Of a stretch of 33,418 nucleotides of DNA, positions 24,180 through 33,418 are shown piece after piece. The notes under the pieces were generated by a model that was not told the DNA's origin, made no database searches, and saw only the letters and a list, made by a program, of their open reading frames with translations. Numbering within the stretch: position 1 is the first letter of the stretch; every line of letters begins with the position of its first letter. The position numbers were made by a program, and so were the translations under genes. Where the stretch lies: contig NW_005434650.1 of the NCBI RefSeq assembly GCF_000315625.1, forward strand, positions 1 to 33,418. Direction: 5' to 3'. Source of the DNA: Guillardia theta CCMP2712. Taxonomy: Eukaryota; Protista; Cryptophyta.

Positions 24180-25130
24180 CAATCACCCCCTCTTTGAAGG
24201 GGTATTGTATTCATCATGCAGGGGTGACAAATAGGGGGGGTATTCGCATAGTCAACGGAGTCTGTCCCTGTAGTGAATGATTTGGAGTTATAGTCAAGTC
24301 CATGACAAGCCGGGCCGGAACCGCACTAAGTGACGGTCTAACTTTGATGGTGAAGGATATGAGTCTCACCGGGCCGCGGCATCCGAACTTCCCCGCCGGC
24401 GGCTGCGGCGGGAGTCCGGATTCAGCCGACCCGGCCGCTGCGGGGGCGCGTTCCGGCGAGCTTGACTGAGTAATCGGACACCGAGTCTGACTCGCGGAGT
24501 GGTGGAGTCCGGTAATCGCCAGCCTGGCCAGTGATCGGCCCGGCGCCGCCGCGTTGCCGGGCCGGGCCGGGCCCGCCGCTGTGGTCCGAGGCCGCACTCG
24601 CTCAATGTGTACCAAAGGACCGGTACATTGGAGTATCAAAGTACCCCTGTAGGGCACTTACCCCACCTAGAGGTGCCTCACCCAAATCTCGCTGGTAAAA
24701 TGTACCCCTCCTTTCCTGCTGTTCCCGATCAGGACTGAAGGACTACCCCACCCCACAAACAACCCCAACCACCCCACCATCGAGTCACCCAGATTTGAAT
24801 TAACGGAGGTATGACCCCACCCATTCATTTTATAGCCTACCTCTTCACCACCCATTGATTACCCTCCAAGTACCCCATAAATTGCTGAGAAAGGTAGGGG
24901 TGTATACCACATAACCCCACGATAAGTCTCTGAAAGTAACCATCTACCCACCCTTGTGGAAATTCAACTATCAGCACAACACAATGCCACCCCGGACACT
25001 GGAACCCCCTACCACCCATGTTACACCCGTACCCCATCATTGCTATAGCATTGGTTACCGAAATTGGGGTATCAGTGGTACTAGGTAGTACCCCCACCCC
25101 CTGATTTGATCCCTGAGCCCCCCTTCACAA
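24180..25130. promoter_or_regulatory. Probable bidirectional promoter: GC/CCGG-rich core (about 24310-24600) flanked by outward-oriented ACCC(C) motifs
   Basis: Lies between divergent start codons (24108 on -, 25852 on +). No credible ORF. The motif orientation flips across the core. Confidence 0.6.
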
Positions 25131-25851
25131 ACCTCCGTCGGGACTCTATGGCAGCAGTGCTAGGTCGAACAGGGCAGCCTCAGCGGTTGAACGGGCTGGA
25201 GCAGGAGGATAAAGAGCATGTATCGCGATGCACATGTATGAGATTCACCTGGGTAGGGCCATGAGCGAGGATATAAGCAGAAGCAGCAGGCGGCTAGATC
25301 CTACGTGGCACCTCACAATGATTTTGTTGGTTTGGACGGTAGAATTGGTGAGCAAGAGTCTAGATCCATTCAAAGCAAACCAGTCAGAGTAGGAAGTGCA
25401 TGTGAGCGTATCAGACGAGACATGCTAGCATCATATCCAGTATATCGTGATGTCAGATGTGGCGATTGCTCAAGAGTTGCAAGGGATTTGGTTGTGGGTT
25501 GAAATGTTGGACTACATACATTGATTCCGATTACTGCCTGCATGTAGAGGAAGTTCATGTCATGTATGCTATGTTTTGAAAGGAAGCAAATCGAAGGCTT
25601 CAACTGTGTTCCTGCTGTCTTAGAAGCGTGCCAGAACTTGTTTTGAACCACAATACATCTGCTACCACTTCAGCGAGTCTCGAGTGCACTTGGGTTTGTT
25701 TGCCATGCTTGTATGAGGTGGTTCCTTGTTCATACTCTGACGGTCAGTGCAGGATGATGGAGTTCTGACAATCTTCTGCATGGAACAACTGTCCGGAAGT
25801 TAGAATCCTAATCCGCAAGAGTCTCTACCGAGCAAAGCCTCACAAACCTAA

Positions 25852-28800
25852 ATGACTGCAAGTGAGCAGACGGCAGTGAGAGTTGCCGTCCGGGTACGGC
25901 CTCAGACTGCAAGGGAAAGGAGCAATCGTGAGAAAGATTGTATAGCCTGCAACATAACTACAAGACAGGTGATTCTTGATTTCCTATTCCTTCTGTATTT
26001 TGACTCTTGATACGAGGCGATTATTGGAGAGCGGTCTTTCACATTCGATTATCTTTTTGATCCATCATCAACTCAGCAAGACATCTACAACCAGAGCGTC
26101 CGGCCTCTCGTGGATGCCGCACTCTCGGGTTACAATGCCACGGTGTTCGCATACGGGCAGACCGGTTCCGGGAAAACGTATACCATGGGCTCTTCGTCAT
26201 GGTAGATGAAGTTCTTTCCTTGATTTGCAAGTAGTCTGAAGTGGTGGCAGGGATGGATTGACAGAGGATGACCTGGGAATGCTTCCAAGAGCGCTCAAGC
26301 AGATATTCGAGGAGAGGGGGCGTCGTGAGCAGTCGTCAAACATGATTCTGCGTGCTTCGTTCTTGGAGATTCATAACGAAGAACTCCGTGATCTCCTCTC
26401 AATCCCGAGTACCCTTCCCTTCGGCATTGGGGCCAGGAGAGCGACGCTGCAAATTCGGGAGGATCCCCAGGGAGGAATATATTTTGCAGGGGCTGAAGAA
26501 CGTGAAGTGGAGAGCTTCAGGGACATGTGCGAGCTCTTGGAACAGGGAACTGCTCGCCGAGCAGTAGGCAGTACTGAGATGAATGCGCACTCAAGCCGAT
26601 CACATGCGATTTTTACTTTGATCATTGAACAGCGATTGATCCGCGAAAGCGACTTCCTGATTGCGCTCAACACCAGTGACGGGGCTGGAACAGAAGATGG
26701 TGCAAATCTAGCGGAAGAGGAGTACATTGTTTCGAAGTTCCACTTCGTGGATCTAGCTGGAAGTGAGAGATTGAAGAAGACCAAGGCAGAGGGAGAACGA
26801 TTGAAGGAAGGTATCAACATCAACTCTGGTTTGCTAGCACTTGGAAATGTCATTTCTGCTCTTGGCGACGAACAGAAGAGGCATTCGGTTCATGTTCCAT
26901 ATCGAGACTCAAAACTGACAAGAATGCTGCAAGACAGCTTAGGTGGAAATTCACGTACTCTCATGATTGCTTGTGTCAGCCCTGTTGACAGCAACTCTGA
27001 GGAAAGTTTGAATACGTTGAAATATGCGAACAGAGCAAGAAACATCAAGAATACACCAATAATCAACCGAGATCCAAACTCTCATCTGATAGCACAGTTG
27101 CGAAAAGAAATCAGCACTCTGCGGAGTATACTCAAAGAGAATGGGATCTATCACACCAGCTTGCAACCTGGAAGCCCAAATCAAACCTTCAATCACACTT
27201 CGTTTCCACTGCATGGTGGCGAGATTGGAAGGGACGGCGAAGAAGATGTGGATTGCATGAAATCAGTCATCCAAAACCTTGAACTGCAGCTGATCGAGCA
27301 GTCGAGGCTCGTGGACAGTTTCAAACTTGCGATGGCGGAGATTTACTCGTGCACTGAGAAGCTTCAGGACGAAACTCAAATCTTGCGGAACTCCCCGTCA
27401 GTGACCAAAGATTCCAGCCTCTGCTGCTCTCTCGATCAGATCGAAAAGCTTCTGAATGGGATTCAGGAGATCGAGGAAAAGTGTCGGACTAAGGCAGTTC
27501 TCCGGGCTGCTTCTCAGCCCTGCCATGGCCTGACCTCAGGCTGTGTCTCTCGTACTGTCTCCTCGGGGCTACCCAACGACTACCCGATGTTCTCTCCTCG
27601 AGTTGTTACTTCCTTGACACCTCGATCGGCGAATCAGGAAGTTTTATCTGAAGAGAACTATCACTACTCCCCTCGTCCGCATGGTGAGCCGCAGAACTTG
27701 GGTATCCACCTGCCTACGTTGGGCTTGTCCCAGTTGAACGAGTGTGGGGACTTTGATGAAGCGCCCCTCACCGATCGTTCCATCACTACTGGAGATGCGT
27801 CTGCGAGGCAACTACAAGACATCAGCGACCTGGACGCTGTCTTGGTAGAAAAGGAGAGGCTGCTGCAGGAGCTCGTGAGGAACCAGCGAGAGTTTGACAC
27901 CATGAGGAGTGTCTACGAGAAGAAGATGGAGGACTTGCAGCACAGCATTCGCGCAATCGAGGAAGAGAGGGATGCTACCGTGAAGGAGCTCGAATCGATG
28001 GACAAGCACAAGACAGCCACCTCCTCCTCCGAGCAGCACCGAGAGCGATGGAATACGAGGTTGAGACAGCTGGAGGAGGAGCTGAAACGAATGAAGAAGA
28101 AAGTCAAAGACCACGAAAGGCTGCTTGCCTTCAAGGAGCAAGGTGACCAAAAGATCGCGAACCTGGCGCAGGAGGTGGATCGTTTGAAAGCCTCCAGAGC
28201 GCAACTGCACAAGAAGATGGCCATAGAAGCGAAGGGGCACCGGGAGCAGCGACAAGCACTGGAGAAGCAGATCCTCTCTCTTCGGAAAGCCGAGCTGGCA
28301 TCGAAGAGAACCATAAGAGAGCTTGAGACCAAGTTGTCGTCGGCAGCTCGTGCTGAGCACGTTGTCAAGCGAAAGGCGCAAATTGCGTTGGAGAAACAGA
28401 AGGTTGCGGAGAAAGAACCCGAATTGAACGACAACAGCAAGAATCAGGATGTGCTTGACTGGTTCCAGAACCTCCTCAGACGGGCTCTGACAGCAAAGGA
28501 TGCAGAGAATCAGATCCAGATGAATACAAGGCTCAAAGCTCAGCTGGAGTCAGAGATGAATGCCTGCACATCCAGGATGAAGAGCATGGATACGAAGAAC
28601 GTCTCCGAAGTCGAGTTTGAGAGGCAGAAGCAAGACTTCTATGATGAGTTGGAGTATCTATCGGCAGAGCTGGAGTTCAGAACCCTGGAGACTGAGAAGT
28701 CTCGCAGGCTCGTTAACGATTGCTCGAACGTACAGCTCGAGATTCAGGAAAGGCTTCCGCGGCTGTCGGACGCTGACGTGAAGAGATTGATCCTCTTTTG

Positions 28801-31800
28801 CTATGAACAGCTCAACAGTGAAAGGCTACAATCGATGGAGTACAAAGAGCAAGCCCAGGAATCCGAGGCCTTACTCCTCGAAGCACGACGGGCACTGGAT
28901 GAATCGAGGCAGGCGTCGCAGTCCTTAGACAGGAAGCATGATGCAGCCATCACGCAGATGCAGCGGGAGTACGAGTCAAAGCTGATGTTCGTCTTCGAGC
29001 AGCTTGAAGAGGCGAACCGAAACTCTGGGCCCACAAAGACCATCCTTGACGAGTGCCGATCGACGGAGGAGCAGCATGCGAACCACCACGTGCTGGTGCG
29101 CGGGGAGGCCACGAGTCCGAAGAGCCCCGCGAGGGAAGCATGGAGCTCTAGCCCTAAGAAGGAGCTTCCCTCCTCCCAGCTCCGCAGAGATCTGGACAAG
29201 GACATGCCCGGCTGGCATGAGTCGCTCGACTCGTCGATGGAGTCGTCAGGAGCTGCGCAGCAAGCCGACTCAGAGGTCGACGGCTTCGACCAATCCAAGT
29301 TCCACTTCGGCCGTGACAAGAGCGCAAACTCCAGGTTGCCCCCACCTGAGACGAAGAGAACGAGCGCCAGCTCCACCTCGTCCTCCTCCACCATCGACGT
29401 CAGTGCGGTGCAGAACATGGTGATCGAGAAGGCCGACAGGATACTCGCCTCGTCGAGGAGCGCGTCATCCAGCAGTGGTCAGCCGACAGGAGGTGGCAGC
29501 GAAGAATCGCATGTGCCCCCAAAGGAGCCAATCAAGATCTCAAAGCTGCCGCTGGACAAACTCAAGAAAGCCTCGCCTGAGGCCAAGAAGCAGTCTGGGT
29601 CGTTGAGCGATCGATCCAACTACGTCCACCACCGTCACCCGGTCGAGCTGAGTTACGCCGCTGACGTTCTCGGCCTGCCCAAGAGCGGCAGGAAGGAGGA
29701 CTCGAGCAAACCGGCAGAGCGTCCGTCCAAGAACGCGAAGGTGGACAGGAAGAGCAAGTCGGACGAGTTGCGGATGATGCTATCCCACCTGTGGGACGTC
29801 CTTGACATCCCCGAGAGCCATCGCAGCAAGTTCAGGTTGGGCACCAGGAGCCTTGAGATGGTGTGCAGCTGAAGTTGTTCCCAGGAACATGGTCTCGTCA
29901 TTCAATTCAAGGACAGATTCCGTACTGCAGGTCCTTTGCTTCTCCCTCCCGCATCCTCTTGCCTTAAGTTCCTTCCTCCTCCTCCTCCTCCTCATCGTCC
30001 TCCTCCTCCTCCTCCTCCTCCTCCTCCTCATCGTCCTCCTCCTCCTCCTCCTTCTCTTGTGCTCCCTCCGCTCCCTCCGCATGACTCCCTTGCTTCCACT
30101 ACATTTTTCATCGCTCCTTGCCCCGCAGGCCTACGAGAGTGAATTCGCTCTACAAACAAGGCGAGCAAGCGCAGCCATCGAAGATTACAGAAGGAAGCTT
30201 GAGCAAGGTGCCCTTCTCCCTCCCTCCCTCCCTCCCTCCCTCCCTCCCTCCCCCTTCCCCCTTGACGTTTCCGTCTAGCTTGGACCGAGCTGGGCGTGTA
30301 CGAGAAGCAATACCCAAGTTCTTGAATCTGCTGGAGGATGTGAGGGACTTGAAGCCGAAGGAGCAAGCCGGTGAAACTTGTTTGCAGATAGGACAGAGGG
30401 AGCGGGAGACGGAGATCCTTCGGCTGGTCAAGAGTGAGCTCGCTTCCTTAGAGCCTCGCCTTGTGCTGCACCGTACAATCAAGGTTCGCATGTGTCCTCC
30501 TCCTCGTCTACCCTTTCCGCCTCTCCCACTCCCTCCTCCTCTCAATCCTCCCCTCCTACAGTTCTCTCCTCCCCTCGGAACACCAGCACTCTCACTCCCA
30601 CATCCTCCTCCTCTTCCCTTCTCTTCGACAGCCTTCACCTGCTCAACAAGGTGTTTGCAGGCACAGCTGACGAGGAGGGAGGAGATTCTGCAGAAACTGA
30701 GTGAAGGAGCAAAGGATATGAGCAACATGAACACAATGACAAGCCAGCACGACGTTTACAAGAAGATGCTCCGCGAGTACCCCAAGGTGAGCAGGAGGGG
30801 ATGAGGAGGAAGGGGAGAGGAACTGGGTAAAGAAGGAAGGGATGACGAGGGGGAGGAGCACGAGTTTGGTACCTGACTGCTGCTGTCATTGTCTGCAGTT
30901 GATCGCATCACTGCAGAAGCAGATCTATAAGTGGGATTGACCTGTTTCCCAACCCCCTCAACCCTCCCGCCTCCTCTCCTCTTCCTTTTCTCTCTTCCTC
31001 CCTATCTCCCTTCCTTTTGCTCTCCTCTCCTTCCCTCTTCCCCTCTCCACAACGGCGCAGAATCTCCTTCTCCCGCCTTTCCCCTCTGCTCTTGAATATT
31101 CTTTTGATCATCCCATCGCCGTCTGCAGGTGGCAGGAGCAGGAGGGCAGGACATTCATGGTGGGGTCAGTGAAAGCCCTGGACCTGCTCGAGAAAGGAGA
31201 AGCCCATGACTCTGTAGCTCGAGCGATCCACCTCAAGGTCTTCCTGCTCCCTCCCCTCTCAGCCCTCCATTCCCTCCTCTCCTCTCCTCTCCTCTCCTCT
31301 CCTCTCCTCTCCTCTCCTCTCCTCTCCTCTCCTCTCCTCTCCTCTCCTCTCCTCTCCTCTCCTCTCCTCTCCTCTCCTCTCCTCTCCTCTCCTCTCCTCT
31401 CCTCTCCTCTCCTCTCCCCTCCCCTCCCCTTCTCTCCTCTCTACTACTGTTCATTCACTTCCTCCATGTCCAAATTGTCACGTTGAGTTTCTCAGCTGAT
31501 CTCGACGACCAAGAGCACGGGCTCAGGCAGTCTTTCTCACCAGGAGGAAGAAGCGACTTCGAGCACCTGCGATGCTGATCAGGACTCCAGCAGCTCTCGC
31601 TCGGTATATACCCAGGCCTTAGCTCTCCTGTGTCCCTTCTCCTTCCTCCCCTCCTCTTCCCTCCCCTCTGCTCCCTTCTGCTCTCCTCCTCTCTCCTCCT
31701 CTCTCCATTTGTCCTCTTCGCGCTTCCCTCCAACGCTCCTCCCCGTACCTCACCATCTTGCAGTCAAACTCGGAGAAACCTCTTCCTGCACACTCGGAAG

Positions 31801-31850
31801 ACAAGTCAGAGGACAGCGAGCAGGCCACCCCCGTCAGAGAAACGTGTTGA
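25852..31850 (+). CDS. Kinesin-4 family motor (KIF4/KIF21/KIF7/KIF27-like) fused to a C-terminal PRC1/Ase1/MAP65-type domain
   Basis: Motor motifs [17 protein letters not shown] (26155-26178), [20 protein letters not shown] and [23 protein letters not shown], plus a kinesin-4-type coiled coil. Manual exons: 25852-25968, 26017-26201, 26251-29835, 29885-29930, 30129-30207, 30279-30339 (frame anomaly), 30388-30483, 30661-30786, 30899-30930, 31129-31237, 31496-31603, 31764-31850. The last exons are uncertain, and exon-like blocks continue to about 32520. Confidence 0.9.
29972..30053 (+). repeat. (CCT)n microsatellite with CATCGT interruptions, intronic
   Basis: Directly visible in intron 29931-30128. 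Confidence 0.95.
30216..30262 (+). repeat. (CTCC)n microsatellite, intronic
   Basis: Directly visible in intron 30208-30278. Confidence 0.9.
31274..31415 (+). repeat. (CTCCT)n pentanucleotide microsatellite, intronic
   Basis: Long perfect run inside intron 31238-31495. Confidence 0.95.
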
Positions 31851-33025
31851 CCACAGCGCAGGTGCAGTTGCCGCTGCTCCTCCTCCGCCTCTACTTCCTC
31901 CTCCTCCCTCCTCCTTGCCCTCCGCTACCTCCTCCTCAGCTCTCTGCTCTGCCTCTACCGTATCCGTCTCCTGCTCCTCCTCATCTTTTCCTTCAGCTGC
32001 GCCGCTCAACAACTTCTGCCATGGCCATTCGGTTTGAAGCTCTCAAGCAATCTTATGCCCAGGTAATTTTCTCCTTCCTTCCTCTACCCTTATCTCCTCC
32101 TTCCCCTCGTCGGCCTTTTCTTCCTTCCTTCGTCTTTCCTTCCTTACTGCTCGAGCCGTACTCCTTCCCCCGCCGCTTTCTGCGCTTGCTCTGCTTTCCG
32201 TCCGCTTCCTCACCCGCCAGCAGGTTCGCTCGAGAACTTCCTGCTTGTCCAAGAGCGACAAGTCAACCAGACAAGAACTCGTCAGGAGGTAGAGCATCTT
32301 TCTGATCGCCTGCCTTCTCCATTCCCTTCCCTGCCTCTTCCCGTCCCTTGCTCTCCCCTCCGCTCCCTCTCCTTCCCTCCATTCCTCCTCTGCTGCCTGC
32401 CCCTCCTCCCGTGCGCATCCTTCCTGGTACTCATTCCCGTCTGCGGTCTGACCTCTGATCGCAGGGCACTGGAGGAGAAGGGGATTCTACCTCGCTCCAA
32501 CAACTTGCGGATCAGGTGAGGAGGCGTGCAATGTGGTCGAGCCTGACGAGGAGAGCAGCGAACAGGATGAGAACGAGCAAAGGGAGGTGACAAGGAGATG
32601 CCGGGTGGGTGCGGGCGGTCGTGACTCTTCCGGCAGGAGCAAGGAGGACCGGTCCTTTCTCCCCGCGAGACGAGTACGTTGACCCCTTGCTCTTCCTGCT
32701 GTGAGGCTGACGAGATGACCCAGCATCCTACTCTGACAACCATCGCTTCCAACCGCTCCAGACCCCTAAAGACCCCTCCTCCTCCCTCCCTCCTCCTCCC
32801 TCCCTCCTCCCTCCCTCCCTCCTCCTCCCTCCCTCCTCCTCCTCCCCTCCCTCCTTCCCCCCCTCCCTCCTTCTCTTCCCCTCCTCTTCTTTCCACTTCT
32901 CTCCACCGCCCTTCATCCCATCCTATTCCATTCTACACCCCATGAACCAACTCGCCGGTCGCGTCTCGCCTTGTTGTGAATATTGTACTTGTTACCCTTT
33001 TATTCGGGCACATCGCTCGAAACGA

Positions 33026-33286
33026 TTAAATGGACAACACCTGAAGGAGGGAATGAAGTGAGAAGGGGAACAGGAGGAGCGAGACGAGGACGAGGACGGG
33101 AAGGAGGAGAGGGGGAAGAGGAAGGGGAGGATAACGACGAGGGGGGAAGGGAGCGAGGGAATTGGAAGGGGAAGGGGGAGGGGGAGGAGCTGAAGATTGC
33201 TGACCTTACAAGCATCATCATTACATGATAGCACATCGACATCTCCCTTCTTTATCTGCAAACCCAATTCTTCTGGCGAAGCTCTG
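33026..33286 (-). CDS. Probable 3'-terminal exons of an unidentified - strand gene entering from the right edge
   Basis: Branch/acceptor ctaac...cag precedes exon 33286-33205 (RASPEELGLQIKKGDVDVLSCNDDACK), then donor gtcagc, a pyrimidine-rich intron and acceptor ttcag, then VLSI-stop. No recognisable domain. Confidence 0.35.
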
Positions 33287-33325
33287 CTGTGCCGTTAGAG
33301 ATAATGAATGGGCGAGGAGACTGAG

Positions 33326-33359
33326 TGAGGAGGAGGAGGAGGAGGAGGAGGAGGAGGAA
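33326..33359 (+). repeat. (GAG)n microsatellite
   Basis: Directly visible. Confidence 0.9.
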
Positions 33360-33418
33360 GCGGCGGACGGAAACAGGAAACGAGGGAAAGGAGGAAATAG
33401 AGCGGAGTGAAAGTAAAC

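Larger units (their letters stand above)
29762..31237 (+). other. PRC1/Ase1/MAP65 distal rod and spectrin-like microtubule-binding domain (spliced)
   Basis: Spliced translation: [23 protein letters not shown]...[16 protein letters not shown]...[15 protein letters not shown]...[13 protein letters not shown]...[33 protein letters not shown]. It aligns by eye with family motifs recalled from PRC1 (LWDRLQIPEEER; LLQLHDAEIVRL; PKLEEELKARIELWEQEHSKAFMVNG). Confidence 0.85.

Noticed and set aside
24180-25130. Transposon/MITE or coding ORFs (24214..24657, 24837..25097) in the intergenic region
   Set aside because: I found no terminal inverted repeats, target-site duplication or transposase motifs. 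The ORFs reflect GC-rich composition.
26258-29872. Treating the 1204-aa ORF as the whole kinesin gene
   Set aside because: It lacks the P-loop, which is in upstream exons, and it reads into a 49-nt intron at 29836-29884.
26371-29901. - strand ORFs opposite the kinesin
   Set aside because: Antisense shadows of a coiled-coil-rich exon with no independent evidence.
29802-30278. Apparent poly-Leu transmembrane segment
   Set aside because: It is the translation of the (CCT)n intron 29931-30128.
32282-32945. ORFs on both strands near the right end
   Set aside because: Mostly low-complexity purine/pyrimidine tracts. I could not build a coherent exon chain or find a domain.

Overview
Eukaryotic nuclear DNA with many short (about 40-60 nt) GT-AG introns and purine/pyrimidine microsatellites. 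The style resembles a cryptophyte alga such as Guillardia theta, which is my inference. Three genes are well supported and a fourth is a fragment. (1) A + strand LRRC9-like leucine-rich-repeat/coiled-coil gene that appears to end in an EF-hand. (2) A single ~22 kb - strand gene for a giant secreted protein: signal peptide, about 30 tenascin-type EGF repeats, many IPT/TIG domains, a fibronectin type II-like module, a polycystin-1-type REJ + GAIN/GPS unit, then a long Cys-rich 'GCDG...D.CGVCGG' repeat stalk with a SEA-like insert and a probable GPI signal, with no 7TM/11TM block. (3) A divergently transcribed + strand kinesin-4 gene whose tail is a PRC1/Ase1/MAP65-type rod plus microtubule-binding domain. 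(4) The probable 3' end of a - strand gene at the right edge. The best candidate for an undescribed system is the kinesin-4::PRC1/MAP65 fusion, which joins the two known partners of the spindle midzone module in one polypeptide. The second is the receptor-less GAIN-domain surface protein. All exon models were read by eye and no database searches were run.
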